Notes: generated from the sequence alone by a model not told the origin. DNA of 64,000 nucleotides from Alphaproteobacteria bacterium (GCA_963555825.3 CAUVXB020000002.1:1472001-1536000); one strand, 5' to 3'; positions 9,978 to 26,419 are shown, numbered from the stretch's first letter. Program-made: numbers and translations.

Positions 9978-10883
9978 CTATGCCAGGCCCTTGTCGACGA
10001 TCAACAGGGCGAAGATCGCGAACAGGTAGAAGATCGAGAAACCGAACATCCGGCGCGCCGCGCGGTCCGTCTCATCGCGCATGACGCGCAGCGCCGAGAC
10101 CAGGAAGAGCACGCCGATGATCAGCGCGCCCGTCGCGTAGAGCCCGCCGGCGACGCCGAGCGCGACCGGCGCCAGCGTGACCGGCAACAGCGCCAAGGTG
10201 TAGATCAGCATCTGCCGCTTGGTCGCGGCCGCGCCGGCGACCACCGGCAGCATCGGCACGCCGGCGTCGGCGTAATCGTCCGCCCGGTAGAGCGCGAGCG
10301 CCCAGAAATGGGGTGGCGTCCATATGAAGATGATGGCGAACAGGGCGAGTGCCCCGAGCCCGACGTTGCCGGTCACCGCGGCCCAGCCGATCATCGGCGG
10401 AAAGGCGCCGGCGGCGCCGCCGATGACGATGTTTTGCGGCGTGCGGCGCTTGAGCCACATGGTGTAGACGAAGACGTAGAAGCCGATGGTCAGCACCAGC
10501 AACGCCGCCGCCACGGGGTTGACCGCAAGCCCCATTACGACGACCGAACCGATGGCGAAACCGACGCCCAGCGCCAGCGCGGCGCCCGGCGCGACGCGGC
10601 CGGCGGGCAGCGGCCGGCCGCGCGTCCGCGCCATGCGCGCGTCGATGTCGCGGTCGTACCACATGTTGATCGCGCCCGAGGCGCCGGCGCCGATCGCGAT
10701 GCACAGCATGGCGGTGACCGCGAGTATCGGGTGCAGCGTGCCGGGCGCGAGATAGAGACCGGCGAAACCGGTGAAGACGACCAGCGACATGACGCGCGGC
10801 TTGAACAGCGCGAGATAGTCGCCGACGTCGCCGGCTTCGGCGGCGGCGCCTTGCGGGCTGTATGTGATCGTGCGATCGGTCAC
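9978..10883 (-). CDS. ctaB: Heme o synthase (protoheme IX farnesyltransferase)
   Basis: [44 protein letters not shown]; GTG start inferred. Confidence 0.93.
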   Translation of the reverse strand: MTDRTITYSPQGAAAEAGDVGDYLALFKPRVMSLVVFTGFAGLYLAPGTLHPILAVTAMLCIAIGAGASGAINMWYDRDIDARMARTRGRPLPAGRVAPGAALALGVGFAIGSVVVMGLAVNPVAAALLVLTIGFYVFVYTMWLKRRTPQNIVIGGAAGAFPPMIGWAAVTGNVGLGALALFAIIFIWTPPHFWALALYRADDYADAGVPMLPVVAGAAATKRQMLIYTLALLPVTLAPVALGVAGGLYATGALIIGVLFLVSALRVMRDETDRAARRMFGFSIFYLFAIFALLIVDKGLA

Positions 10884-10911
10884 GCGCGTATTTCCCCCGT
10901 CACGCCGCGCC

Positions 10912-11175
10912 AGTGGATAGAATCCACCATATGGCACCCATACGACGGCGTCCCAAGGTCGCCCGGAAAGGCGCCCGATGTGCGGTGATGCTGGAGCATC
11001 ACAAGCATCGGGCAACGCATCCGGCGGCCTTGGGACGCCGCCCTTCGGGTGCCATGTCCCGGATTCTCGGGGCGTCGAACGCCCTTGCCGATGCCTCGGC
11101 ACCGCCGGCGGGCGCTCTCCTGCCGAGAAACCGGGATATGGGATCGTATGGGCACCATATGTTGGACTCTATCCA

Positions 11176-11177
<2 letters not shown>
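10912..11177. mobile_element. MITE-like element (266 bp) between coxA and ctaB
   Basis: 34-bp terminal inverted repeats (30/34 match) and two long internal hairpins; right end overlaps coxA TAG stop. Confidence 0.75.
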
Positions 11178-13663
<2,486 letters not shown>

Positions 13664-13983
13664 TGCTTCGCCTCTCCCTGCTCGGATGGACAGCGTCCGC
13701 GCCGTGACCCACCGACACGCTCTGCCGACGGTCGCCCGCTAGGTCCGATAGGCCGTTTCGAACGCGCCTCCGGCCGCCGATATTCAGCGGCTGCCTGCTC
13801 GCCGGACCGTACAACAGGGGATATTGAATCACAAGCCCGTGAGGCGCCTGGAAGACTGTCTTCGGGTATCCGAGCGGCGGCTTCGCAAGCGCCGCGACCG
13901 GGCTGGTTCCGAACGCCACCGACAACGGCTGACGACGGCGATCGGCGCCGGGCAACCAGCCAACCCGAAGCCGCCGCAATTGG

Positions 13984-14038
13984 TGTGACGGCCGTCACAC
14001 CTAGCGGAAAATCGTACCAACATGTGACGACCATCACG
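13984..14038. promoter_or_regulatory. Two CRP/FNR-family-type boxes upstream of coxB
   Basis: TGTGA-cggccg-TCACA (13984-13999) and TGTGA-cgacca-TCACG (14023-14038). Confidence 0.5.
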
Positions 14039-14145
14039 AGGGTTTTCCCTTAGGGTCAGACGGCGTAAGTGACGGGCATCACTTACTTATTTTACTTTCC
14101 CCCCTAAATTCAGCATCGTCCAATTCCACAATGGAGGACGATGAA

Positions 14146-14442
14146 ATGCTGCGCACCGCCATTCTTTCGTTGCTCATCACGCTGCTGCCGACGCTCGCCA
14201 TCGCGGCGCCCTGCGCCGAGCGCGCCAAGTTCCTCGCATACTTCGACGACAAGTTCGACGAAGCGCCGGTCTCGATGGGCCTGACGACCGACGGCCGCGT
14301 CATCGAGGTGCTGGCCTCCGAGAAAGGCAGCTGGACGATCATCGTCACCAAGGCCTCGGGCGAGAGCTGTGGTCTCGCCTCGGGCGACGCCTGGATGAAA
14401 AGCCCGCCGCCCAAGACCATCATCGGCGAGGCGGGTTCGTAA
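14146..14442 (+). CDS. Small exported conserved hypothetical protein
   Basis: GGAGG RBS, signal peptide, two Cys, GSWTIIVT..C..ASG.AW pattern typical of alphaproteobacterial small periplasmic proteins. Confidence 0.75.
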   Translation: MLRTAILSLLITLLPTLAIAAPCAERAKFLAYFDDKFDEAPVSMGLTTDGRVIEVLASEKGSWTIIVTKASGESCGLASGDAWMKSPPPKTIIGEAGS

Positions 14443-14640
14443 ACCGGGCCACCGACGGCCGCCTCGCCGCTCGCGCGGTCCTTCGACGAACACCCCGATC
14501 GATCTCCGACCTCCCCAGCGCGTCCGCCTTGGTATAAGGTGGGCGCGTTCGTTTGCGCGCGGCTGGAAGACCGCGCGCGGCGCCCCATATGGCAAGGTGA
14601 GGCCGCGCGCCGCGCGGCGTCACGTCTAAGGAGATCGTCC

Positions 14641-16089
14641 ATGAGCGAGCCACACAGCGGCGGCAATCCGAGCCCCGACGAATTGTTCTTCACCCGCGCC
14701 GGGCTCGACCGCGCGCGCGTCACCGCGATCGTCGCCGACGCGCTCGACGGCTGCGACGACGGCGAGCTGTACCTCGAATACCGCCAATCCGAGAGCTTCG
14801 CGTTCGACGACGGCAAGCTCAAGAATGCCGGCTTTGACACCGCGCAAGGCTTCGGCCTGCGCGCCGTCGCCGGCGAGGCGACCGGCTACGCCCACGCCTC
14901 GGAACTGAGCGAGGCGGCGATCGAGCGCGCCGCAGCCACGGTCAAGGCGGTGCGCGCGGGCCATGCCGGCACCGTCGGCGAGACCCCGGGCCGCACCAAC
15001 CGCACGCTTTACACGCCCGACAACCCGCTCGACGGCGTCGGTTTCGCCGCCAAGGTCAAGCTGCTCGAGGACATCGACGCCTATGCGCGCGGGCTCGACG
15101 ACCGCGTCCGCCAAGTGATGGTCTCGCTGACCGGCATCTGGCAGGTGGTCGAGATCGTCCGCGCCGACGGCGCCCGCGTCGGCGACGTGCGGCCCCTGGT
15201 GCGGCTCAACGTCAGCGTCGTGGCCGGCGAGGGCGACCGCCTGGAGACCGGCGGCCATGGCGCCGGCGGGCGCGGCGGTTATGCGGCCTATTTCGAGCCC
15301 GAGCACTGGCAGGGCCAGGCCGACGAGGCGCTGCGCCAGGCGCTGGTCAATCTCGAGGCGGTGCCCGCGCCGGCCGGCGAGATGCAGGTCGTGCTCGGCC
15401 CCGGCTGGCCTGGCATCCTGCTCCACGAAGCGATCGGTCACGGCCTCGAGGGCGACTTCAACCGCAAGAAGACCTCCGCCTTCGCCGGGTTGATGGGCGA
15501 GCGCGTCGCGGCGCCCGGCGTCACGGTGATCGACGACGGCACGATCGCCGACCGCCGCGGCTCGCTCACCGTCGACGATGAGGGCACGCCGACCCAGCGC
15601 ACCGTGCTGATCGAGGACGGCGTGCTTGTCGGCTATCTGCACGACCGGCAGAACGCCCGGCTGATGGGCATGGCGCCGACCGGCAACGGCCGGCGCGAGA
15701 GTTATGCGCACAGCCCCATGCCGCGGATGACCAACACCTTCATGGCGGCGGGCGAGCGCGACCCGGCCGAGATCATCGCCGGCGTCGACAAGGGGCTCTA
15801 TGCCGTCAACTTCGGCGGCGGCCAGGTCGACATCACCTCGGGCAAGTTCGTCTTCACCGCCTCGGAAGCCTATCTCATCGAGGGCGGCAAGGTGACGCGG
15901 CCGGTCAAGGGCGCCTCGCTGATCGGCAACGGTCCGGATGTGTTGACCCGCGTTGCCGCGATCGGCAACGACATGGCGCTCGATTCCGGCATCGGCACCT
16001 GCGGCAAGAACGGCCAGGGCGTGCCGGTCGGCGTCGGCCTGCCGACGCTGCTGATCGACGGCCTGACGGTCGGTGGCACCGCGGCCTGA
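14641..16089 (+). CDS. tldD: Metalloprotease TldD
   Basis: GILLHEAIGHGLEGDFNRK, PMPRMTNT, CGKNGQGVPVGVG; divergent from coxB. Confidence 0.95.
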   Translation: MSEPHSGGNPSPDELFFTRAGLDRARVTAIVADALDGCDDGELYLEYRQSESFAFDDGKLKNAGFDTAQGFGLRAVAGEATGYAHASELSEAAIERAAATVKAVRAGHAGTVGETPGRTNRTLYTPDNPLDGVGFAAKVKLLEDIDAYARGLDDRVRQVMVSLTGIWQVVEIVRADGARVGDVRPLVRLNVSVVAGEGDRLETGGHGAGGRGGYAAYFEPEHWQGQADEALRQALVNLEAVPAPAGEMQVVLGPGWPGILLHEAIGHGLEGDFNRKKTSAFAGLMGERVAAPGVTVIDDGTIADRRGSLTVDDEGTPTQRTVLIEDGVLVGYLHDRQNARLMGMAPTGNGRRESYAHSPMPRMTNTFMAAGERDPAEIIAGVDKGLYAVNFGGGQVDITSGKFVFTASEAYLIEGGKVTRPVKGASLIGNGPDVLTRVAAIGNDMALDSGIGTCGKNGQGVPVGVGLPTLLIDGLTVGGTAA

Positions 16090-16132
16090 CGTTTCCAACA
16101 CGTTGGTAGGGTGGTCGCCGGCGCCGGGATTC

Positions 16133-16744
16133 ATGCGCCGAATTGCACGGTTTCATTTGGCTGCGCTTGCCGTGGCGATGATGCCCCAGCCGGCCTTGGC
16201 CGAGGCCATCGGCGGCACCTTTACGCTGCAGATCGAGAACGATCGGATCGCCAACACCAACCGGCATTACACCCATGGCACGCGTCTCGCCTGGGTCTCG
16301 GACAAGGCGTTCGACGGGCCGCAATGGGCCAAGGACGCGCTCGAATGGCTCTACCCGCTGGCCGATCTCCGCGCCGGCCGCGTCGGCCCGGTGCTCGGCC
16401 AGAACATATTCACGCCCGAGGACACCCACGCGACCGCGCTGGTGCGCGACGACCGGCCCTACGTGGGCTGGCTCTACGCCGGCATCTCGGTGCACGCCGA
16501 GACCACGCGGCAACGCAACGGCCAGACCATCGACGCCCTCGATTCGGTCGAGTTCGACCTCGGCATCGTCGGACCCGAGAGCTTCGCCGAGGGCGTCCAG
16601 GGCAGCTACCAGGACCCGATCGGCGCGGCGGTCGTCTGGCGCGGCATGCGGCTCGCCTTCACCGACGTCTTCCGGATCAAGGAATTCGACGGCCAGCACC
16701 GCGCCGACCGCTACGGCGCACGCTCGCTCTCAACCCGTCTCTAA
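16133..16744 (+). pseudogene. Lipid A 3'-O-deacylase LpxR family, central part deleted
   Basis: END, NRHYTHG, GQNIFTP, DRPYVGWLY motifs join directly to C-terminal strands; about 200 aa versus about 330 typical. Confidence 0.7.
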
Positions 16745-16771
16745 CATTTAACACATTGATATATAAGCGAT

Positions 16772-16892
16772 TTAATGGTGTATGACCCCTTTGTTGGAAA
16801 TCGGCCGACTTTATGGGTGTCAGCCGACTTTATGGGTGTCGGCCGGCTTTAAGAGCGGGGTCTACGCTTAACGGTGTCTGACACCGTTATTT
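16772..16892. repeat. REP-like palindromes enclosing a 19-bp tandem repeat (x2.5)
   Basis: aatggtgtatgacccctt; tc(g/a)gccgactttatgggtg repeats 16801-16850; aacggtgtctgacaccgtt palindrome. Confidence 0.6.
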
Positions 16893-16926
16893 TGATGAGA
16901 CGCCGCGAATTGGGTATGTCGCCCGA

Positions 16927-17317
16927 TTACCGGCGGTCGCGGCGCAGGCGCCGCAGCACGGTCGAGCAGGTCATGATCGTCGTCTCGCCGACGGTCATCG
17001 CGCCGCGCACGAAGACCAGCGCGCCGGTGCGCCGGATCACCGCGCCGCGGCATTCGATCCAGTCACCGGGCCGCGCCGGCGCGACGAACTCACAGTTGAA
17101 CGAAATCGTCGCGACCCATTCCGCTTCCCGGTCGACGCCGCGCAACGCGAATGCGGTCAGCGCCGAATCGGCGAAGGCGGTCAGCGCGCAAGCCGGCCAC
17201 CAAGTCGCCGTCGTGTTCGCGGAAGTAATGCGGCCCGGCGTGCATCTCGAACGGCTCGTCCGCATAGAGCACGGCGAAGCCGGCCGGCACCGCGTCGTCG
17301 TCCCGACCGCCGGTCAT
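16927..17317 (-). pseudogene. PaaI-family thioesterase, frameshifted, HGG segment missing
   Basis: N-term (PFEMHAGPHY..GLRA) and C-term (LTAFAD..VATISFNCEFVAPARPGD) are in different frames. Confidence 0.7.
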
Positions 17318-17321
17318 CGGC

Positions 17322-17708
17322 TCACGCCGTGGCGGCCATGACGTCGATCTCGATGATCATGGCCGGATCGGCGAGGCCGGCGACCAGGATCAGCGTCGCC
17401 GCGCACATCGCGCCGCCCAGCGCGCTCTCGCGATGGCCGCGGCTGGCCACGATATGCTCGGCGCCGACCATGTAGATGGTCAGCTTGACCAGATCGTCGG
17501 GCGTCATGCGGGCCGCCGCGAGCATCGCCGCGACGTTGCGCCAGGCCTGGGCGATCTGGCCGTCGGCGTCCTCGACCAGGTCGCCGTCCGGGGTAATGCC
17601 GACCTGGCCCGCGGTGACCAGCCAGCGCGCGCGGTCCGGCACCTCGACCGCCTGGTAGTAGGCGGCGACGGGCGCGTAGACCGTGTCGGGATTGTATTTC
17701 GTGAACAT
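17322..17708 (-). CDS. RidA/YjgF family protein
   Basis: AGQVG, QAWRNV, DLVKLTIY, R, LADPAMIIEID. Confidence 0.85.
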   Translation of the reverse strand: MFTKYNPDTVYAPVAAYYQAVEVPDRARWLVTAGQVGITPDGDLVEDADGQIAQAWRNVAAMLAAARMTPDDLVKLTIYMVGAEHIVASRGHRESALGGAMCAATLILVAGLADPAMIIEIDVMAATA

Positions 17709-17812
17709 GGCACGTGCCTCCTCGTTGCGGCCGTCTCGCGGCCCCTCGGGGAGTCATAGCACGCGCGGCCCGGCCATGGTGCCGCGTGGTTCGATAAGCG
17801 GCCTCGCCGCGC

Positions 17813-18560
<748 letters not shown>

Positions 18561-18674
18561 CTACAATCTAATGCCCGGCGGGCGGATGTCGAGAACGGGG
18601 CGCCTTGCAGTGGGCGCGCCGCTGGGCGACAATCGTCGGGCGGGGGAAGGTTTCAGTTCGGAGAGTTTGTCGCG

Positions 18675-20278
18675 ATGAGTTTTTTAACCGCTAGGCGCGC
18701 CGCGCCGGCGCTCGGCGTGCTGCTCGCGGTGCTGCTCGTCGTCGTCGCGCCGCATGCCGTCGCCGCTCAAGGCCAGGCGCGCATCGCCCTGGTCATCGGC
18801 AATTCGGGCTACGCCAACGCCCCGCTCGCCAACCCGGCGAACGACGCGCGGCTGATGTCGGCGACGCTGCGCCGCCTCGGCTTCGACGTCATCGAGCGCA
18901 TCGACGCCGACCAGAAGGAAATGAAGGTCGCCATCTTCGAGCTCGGCGATCGGCTCGAGCAGGCCGGCAAGGACGCGGTCGGCCTGTTCTTCTACGCCGG
19001 CCATGGCGTCCAGGTCGACGGCGAGAACTACCTGATCCCTCTGAAATCGGAAATCTCGAAGGAGCGCCACGTCGCCATCGAGGCGGTCGGCACGAGTTGG
19101 GTGCTGGGCCAGATGGAGTTCGCCGGCAATCGCATGAACTTCGTCATCCTCGACGCCTGTCGCAACAACCCGCTGACACGCAGTTTCCGCTCGGCGGTGC
19201 GCGGGCTGGCGCGCATGGACGCGCCGAGCGGCAGCCTGGTCGCATATTCCACCGGACCGGGCAAAGTGGCGCGCGACGGCGAGGGCGCGAACAGCGAGTT
19301 CACCGCGGCGCTGGCGCGCGAGCTGACGGTGCCCGGCGTGCCGGTCGAGCAGGTCTTCAAGCGGGTGCGCCGTTCGGTGATGGCGGCAACCAACGATGAA
19401 CAGGTGCCCGGGGAATCGTCGTCGCTGACCGGCGACTTCTACTTCAACGGCACGCCGTCGGGCGAGGGCCAGGTCGCCATCGCGCCGCCGCCGCCGGCCT
19501 CGGCGATCGCCGCGTCGAAGGTGGCGGCCGAAGTCGCCTTCTGGCAGTCGATCGAGGGCAGCCGGGACCCGGCCGACTTCAGGGCCTATATGGAGAAATA
19601 CGGTGAGAGCGGCACCTTCACGGTGCTCGCGCGCAACCGCGTCCGGTCGCTCGGCGACTCGTCGTCGACGCGTTCGACGACGCAGAACGAAGGCGGCATG
19701 TCGGACGCGCAGCTCGCCGCCGAGACCCTGGTCAACGCAAAGCAGATGCTGCTCGAGCTGACCGAAAACGCCGGCGCGGTGATGGGCTCGAAGGACGTGC
19801 CGATGATCGAGCGGCTCGCCAAGTTCCGCGGCATGCTCGGCCATGTCGTCGATTTCGAGCCGATGGCCCGCTTCGTGCTCGGCCGCCAATACGAGCGCGC
19901 GACGGCGGCGCAATGGGACAACTTCTTCCTGCTCTACCAGGAACTGTTCCTGACCGGCTATTCGTTCTCCAAGGCGAAATCCTGGGCCGGCAAATACGAC
20001 ATCAAGGAGATCCGGCCCTACGGCAAGGACCGCTGATCACGGTCGAGTTCATCGACGAGACCGGCGAGTCGCTGACCGTCGGCATCCGCATCCGGCGCAA
20101 GGTCGAGAGCTTCTTCGGCTTCAAGATCATCGACGCCATGACCAAGGGCATCAGCCTCTTGGTGACCCAGAAGGAAGAGTTCGCGCCGTTCCTGGCAAAG
20201 GGCGGCATCGACCGCCTGATCGAGGCGCTCGAGGACCGCGTCGGCAAGATCGCCAAGCCGATCGAGATCCCGGGCTAG
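18675..20278 (+). CDS. Exported caspase (C14) domain protein fused to MlaC/Ttg2D-like domain; frameshift near 20030
   Basis: Signal peptide, ALVIGN, YAGHG, ILDACRNNP; C-term DFEPMARFVLG..KIID..GISLLVTQKEEF..GGIDRLIEAL continues in the next frame. Confidence 0.75.
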
Positions 20279-20318
20279 CGGCGCGGCTGCCCGGCCGCAT
20301 TTGACGCGAGGACACGCC

Positions 20319-21975
<1,657 letters not shown>

Positions 21976-21979
21976 GTTG

Positions 21980-22022
21980 TTTTGCACGGTCATCTTCGCG
22001 TAGTAAAGATGACCGTGCAAAA
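21980..22022. repeat. Perfect 17-bp-stem hairpin between kbl and tdh
   Basis: ttttgcacggtcatctt..aagatgaccgtgcaaaa; same core as hairpin at 258-285. Confidence 0.7.
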
Positions 22023-22051
22023 AATGCCACCGCGCAGCCGGGAGGGCCGCC

Positions 22052-23077
22052 ATGAAGGCGCTGGTCAAGTTGAAGCCCGAGCCGGGCATCTGGATGGACG
22101 AGGTGCCCGAACCCAGCGTCGGCCACAACGACGTCTTGATCCAGATTCGCAAGACGGCGATCTGCGGCACCGACGTGCATATCTACAACTGGGACGACTG
22201 GTCGAGGAAGACCATCCCGGTGCCGATGACGATCGGCCACGAGTTCGCCGGCGAGGTCGTCGAGGTCGGCGGCGAGGTCGCCGGCTTCGAGCCGGGCGAC
22301 CGGGTCTCTGGCGAGGGCCACATCACCTGCGGGCATTGCCGCAACTGCCGCGCCGGGCGGCGGCACTTGTGCCGCAACACGGTCGGCGTCGGCGTCAACC
22401 GACCGGGCTGCTTCGCCGAGTATCTGGCGATCCCGGCGGTCAACGCCTTCCACCTGCCGCCCGAGATCGGCGACGACATCGCCGCGATCCTCGATCCGCT
22501 GGGCAACGCGGCGCACACCGCGCTGTCGTTCGACCTGGTCGGCGAGGACGTGCTGATCACCGGCGCCGGGCCGATCGGCGCCATGGCGGCGGCGATCTGC
22601 CGGCACGTCGGCGCGCGCTTCATCGTCGTCACCGACATCAACGACTACCGATTGGAGCTCGCCGCCAAGCTGGGCGCGACGCGCACCGTCAACGTCACGG
22701 GCGAGACGCTCGACGACGTCATGGCGGAACTCGGCATGGTCGAGGGCTTCGACGTCGGCCTCGAGATGTCGGGCAGCCCGGCGGCGTTCCGCGACATGCT
22801 GCGCGTCATGAACCACGGCGGCCGGGTCGGCATCCTCGGCATCCCGCCCGAAGAGGCGGCGCTCGACCTCAACGCGGTCATCTTCAAGGGGCTGACGCTC
22901 AAGGGCATTTACGGCCGCGAGATGTTCGAGACCTGGTACAAGATGTCGTCGATGCTGCAGAGCGGGCTCGACGTCACGCCGGTGCTGACCCACGGCTTCG
23001 GAATCGACGCCTTCCAAGAGGGCTTCGACGTCATGCGCTCGGGGAGATCGGGCAAGGTCGTGCTCGATTGGGCCTGA
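22052..23077 (+). CDS. tdh: L-threonine 3-dehydrogenase
   Basis: [43 protein letters not shown]. Confidence 0.96.
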   Translation: MKALVKLKPEPGIWMDEVPEPSVGHNDVLIQIRKTAICGTDVHIYNWDDWSRKTIPVPMTIGHEFAGEVVEVGGEVAGFEPGDRVSGEGHITCGHCRNCRAGRRHLCRNTVGVGVNRPGCFAEYLAIPAVNAFHLPPEIGDDIAAILDPLGNAAHTALSFDLVGEDVLITGAGPIGAMAAAICRHVGARFIVVTDINDYRLELAAKLGATRTVNVTGETLDDVMAELGMVEGFDVGLEMSGSPAAFRDMLRVMNHGGRVGILGIPPEEAALDLNAVIFKGLTLKGIYGREMFETWYKMSSMLQSGLDVTPVLTHGFGIDAFQEGFDVMRSGRSGKVVLDWA

Positions 23078-23211
23078 TTCTCGGTCTGACTGTGACGGCT
23101 GCCGCTGCATCGCCGGCCAACATCTGACAACATAATCTCGGGGTATAATGTATTGTGACCGTATCATATGGTGGTCAGCCAAGAAGCGAGGGCTGGAGAA
23201 ATGCGCACTAG

Positions 23212-23988
23212 ATGGGTGAACTGCTGATCTTTCGGAAGGCCGTCGCGGACGCGCAGCCCGAAGTCTGCTTGCGTTCCGGCGTCAGCTACCCCGATTGGTC
23301 GGCGGTCGATTCCAACGCGGTGCGCGGTGCGCTCGGTGCGATGCTCGGCGCGGCCGACGTGACGCGCCGTTGGTCGGGCATCGCCGAGCCGGAGGACCGG
23401 GTGCGCCGGGCCGTCCTCGATCACTACGCCGAGACCGGTTATCCGCCGTCGGTGGCGCGGCTGACCGCGGCCACCGGCCTCGAGCCGGAAGACGTCCGGC
23501 ACGTGCTCGGCACGCTTGCCGCGCGCGACATGATCGCGCTCGGCGTGAGCGGCGTGACCATCACCGGCGCCGCCCCGTTCACCGAGAGCGATACGCCGAA
23601 CACGGTCTGCCTGGGCGGCCACGAGATCAACGCGACCAGCGCGATCGACGCGCTCGGCGCCGGCATCATGTGCCGGCGCGACGTCGAAATCAGCTCGCGG
23701 TGCCCGGCCTGTGGCGGCGCGATCCAGCTCGAGACACGCGACCGCGGCGCGGCGCTCGGCCGCGCCATGCCGCGCGGCATTGTCGTTTGGATGGACTCGG
23801 ACCCTGTCGGTGACCGCGCCGCGGCCCCGTCGGGCCGGACGACGGCGTTCTTCTGCGCGGCCGACCATCTCGCCGCGTGGCGCAAGTCGGCCGGCGCTGG
23901 CGCCGAGGGCGTCCGGCTCTCGCTCGACGAGGCGCTGCAGGCCGCCAAGGCCCTGTTCGGCCCGCTGCTGGCCCCCGCTCTTAACTAG
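23212..23988 (+). CDS. MerB (alkylmercury lyase)-like protein with N-terminal HTH; catalytic Cys apparently lost
   Basis: PFT..T..V, NATSAIDALG, SRCPACG, AFFC..HL.AW, LSLDEAL..AKALFG. Confidence 0.75.
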   Translation: MGELLIFRKAVADAQPEVCLRSGVSYPDWSAVDSNAVRGALGAMLGAADVTRRWSGIAEPEDRVRRAVLDHYAETGYPPSVARLTAATGLEPEDVRHVLGTLAARDMIALGVSGVTITGAAPFTESDTPNTVCLGGHEINATSAIDALGAGIMCRRDVEISSRCPACGGAIQLETRDRGAALGRAMPRGIVVWMDSDPVGDRAAAPSGRTTAFFCAADHLAAWRKSAGAGAEGVRLSLDEALQAAKALFGPLLAPALN

Positions 23989-25166
23989 TGTCCTGATCGA
24001 TAAATTGATATGATTATGTCTCTATTTGTTTTTAGGAGGCGCGATTGATGGCGAGAGTGGCGGTGACGATCTCTTTGAGCGATGACGAGCGCGCCGAATT
24101 GGAGGCGCTGTCTCGTCGTCGCAAGACGTCGCAGGGGCTTGCGCGGCGGGCTCGGATCGTCTTGGCGGCGGCGGAAGGGTTGGAGAACAAGGAGATCGCC
24201 GTTCGTCTCGAGGCGAGCGCGGACACCGTGGGCAAGTGGCGTCGCCGCTATGCGGCGGAGGGCCTCGACGGTCTGTACGACGAACCCCGCCCCGGCGCGC
24301 CGCGTCAAATCGGCGATGACGCCATCGCGGAAGCGGTCCGGCTGACGCTGGAAGAGACGCCGCCGGACGCGACCCATTGGAGCCTTCGCTCGATGGCGCG
24401 GGCGAGCGGCCACGCGCCCTCGACCATTCATCGCATCTGGCGGGCCTTCGGCTTGCAGCCGCATCGCTCGGAGACCTTCAAGCTGTCGAGCGATCCCTTC
24501 TTCGTGGAGAAGGTCCGCGACATCGTCGGTCTGTATTTGGCGCCGCCGGATCGTGCCCTGGTTCTCTGTGTCGACGAAAAGAGCCAGATCCAGGCCCTGG
24601 ACCGTTCCCAGCCCCTCTTGCCGATGCGCCCCGGGCAGGCGGAGCGGCGCAGCCACGACTACAAGCGCCACGGCACGACCTCTCTCTTCGCGGCCCTCGA
24701 CATCGCCACGGGAGAGATCATCGGCAAATGTTTCCCGCGCCATCGGGCCCGAGAGTTCCGCAAATTCCTCGACCTCGTCGAGGCGAACGTCCCTGCTGAT
24801 CTCGACATCCACATCGTCATGGACAACTACGGGACCCACAAGACCAAGGCGATCCGCGACTGGTTCGCCAAACGGCCGCGCTGGCAGGCCCATTTCACAC
24901 CCACCAGCGCCTCCTGGCTGAACCAGGTCGAGCGCTGGTTCGGGCTGCTGACCGACAAGCAGATCAGGCGCGGCGTCCATCGCTCCACCAAGGAGTTGGA
25001 GCGCACCATCCTCGACTACATCGACACGACAAACCAGAACCCCAAACCCTTCAAATGGACCAAATCCGCCGATGACATCCTCGGCGCCATCCAGCGCTTC
25101 TGCCTCCGAACAATCGAAATCGCTGAACAGCAGGCGAAAATCATGCGAACTTCGGAATCGGGACAC
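23988..25166 (+). mobile_element. IS630-family element A
   Basis: TIR gtgtcctgat/atcgggacac, TA duplication in CTAG, single transposase. Confidence 0.92.
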
Positions 25167-25169
25167 TAG
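24045..25169 (+). CDS. IS630-family transposase
   Basis: [29 protein letters not shown]. Confidence 0.93.
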   Translation: MMARVAVTISLSDDERAELEALSRRRKTSQGLARRARIVLAAAEGLENKEIAVRLEASADTVGKWRRRYAAEGLDGLYDEPRPGAPRQIGDDAIAEAVRLTLEETPPDATHWSLRSMARASGHAPSTIHRIWRAFGLQPHRSETFKLSSDPFFVEKVRDIVGLYLAPPDRALVLCVDEKSQIQALDRSQPLLPMRPGQAERRSHDYKRHGTTSLFAALDIATGEIIGKCFPRHRAREFRKFLDLVEANVPADLDIHIVMDNYGTHKTKAIRDWFAKRPRWQAHFTPTSASWLNQVERWFGLLTDKQIRRGVHRSTKELERTILDYIDTTNQNPKPFKWTKSADDILGAIQRFCLRTIEIAEQQAKIMRTSESGH

Positions 25170-25244
25170 GTTGGTTTCCGGTCACCTTTTGTGACGCAAA
25201 GCCTGCGGCTTTGCTGCGCTCAATCGCCGCGCATGCCAATCTTA

Positions 25245-26419
25245 TACCAGTGAGCGCCTGAATTGACTCTCGGGATATTCATTGATGGCGGATGATGGCG
25301 GATTGTGATTCTATGGTCTCCCACCAGATGTGGGGGATGTCATGGGATCAGCACTCAAGATACGGGATGATTTGACGCCTTTGGAGCTTCGGCGCTGGGC
25401 TCGCGTGGAATCGTACGGTCGAGCGGCGGCGCGGGCCTATGGGATCGCGAATGCTTTGGAGGAGATGCCCCGGGCTGATGCCGCGCGGCTTGCGGGGATG
25501 GATCGCCAAACGCTTCGCGACGCGGTTGTTCGTTACAATGCAAAGGGATTGGAGGGGCTTCACGACCGTCCAAAGGGCTACTCGCCGCGGCGGCTGACGG
25601 CAGACGAGGAAGCGGCGCTGGCGGCGGTCATCATCGCCGGGCCGGAGCCTGAGCGCGACGGGGTTTGCGCCTGGACCCGGGCCGATCTGTGCCGCTGGCT
25701 GGAGGAGCGCTTCGCCAAGACCTACCACCCCTCGAGCATGACCCGGGTTCTACGGCGGATGGGATTTTCCCGCCAGAAGGCGCGCCCGAGCCACCCGCGA
25801 AGGGACGCCGAAGCGCAGGAGCGCTTCAAAAAAGGGGGCTTCGCGACATCCTGAAGGCGACCGCCGCGGCGCATCCCGACAAGCGCCTACAGCTGTGGTT
25901 TCAGGATGAAGCGCGCGTCGGCAACAAGGGCCGGGTGTGTCACCGGTGGTGGCGCAGGGGCGAGCGTGCCCCCGGGACGCGTCAAATCGGCTACCAGTGG
26001 GCCTACATCTTCTCCGCCGTGCGCCCGGACACCGGCGACGACGTCACCCTGGTGATGCCGAGCGTCAACGCCAAGGTCATGGACCTGTTTCTCGCACACT
26101 TCGCCGATACCCTGGACCAGGATGCGCACGCCGTCATGATGTGCGACGGCGCCGGTTGGCACGACGAGCGCGCCCTCACCGTCCCCGACAACGTCACCTT
26201 GGCGCTGTTGCCGCCTTACAGTCCCGAACTCAACCCCGTCGAGCGGGTTTGGCTCTACCTACGCGAACGCTTCCTATCGCTCCGCGTCCTCGACGACACC
26301 GAGGCCATCATCGACGCCTGTTGCCAAGCATGGATCGACCTCATCGCAGAACCGGATCGTATGCGAACCCTCTGCGCCTATCCATGGATCATGAAGGTGA
26401 TTTCATAGGCTCACTGGTA
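25245..26419 (+). mobile_element. IS630-family element B, copy 1 (1175 bp)
   Basis: TIR taccagtgagc/gctcactggta; TTA duplicated. Confidence 0.92.
25330..26408 (+). CDS. IS630-B transposase, orfA/orfB joined by -1 frameshift
   Basis: A6G5 slippery site 25828-25838; FQDEAR, DGAGWH, SPELNPVE. Confidence 0.88.

Noticed and set aside
16801-16850. 19-bp direct repeats as a mini CRISPR array
   Set aside because: Repeats are contiguous with no spacers, and there are no cas genes in the window
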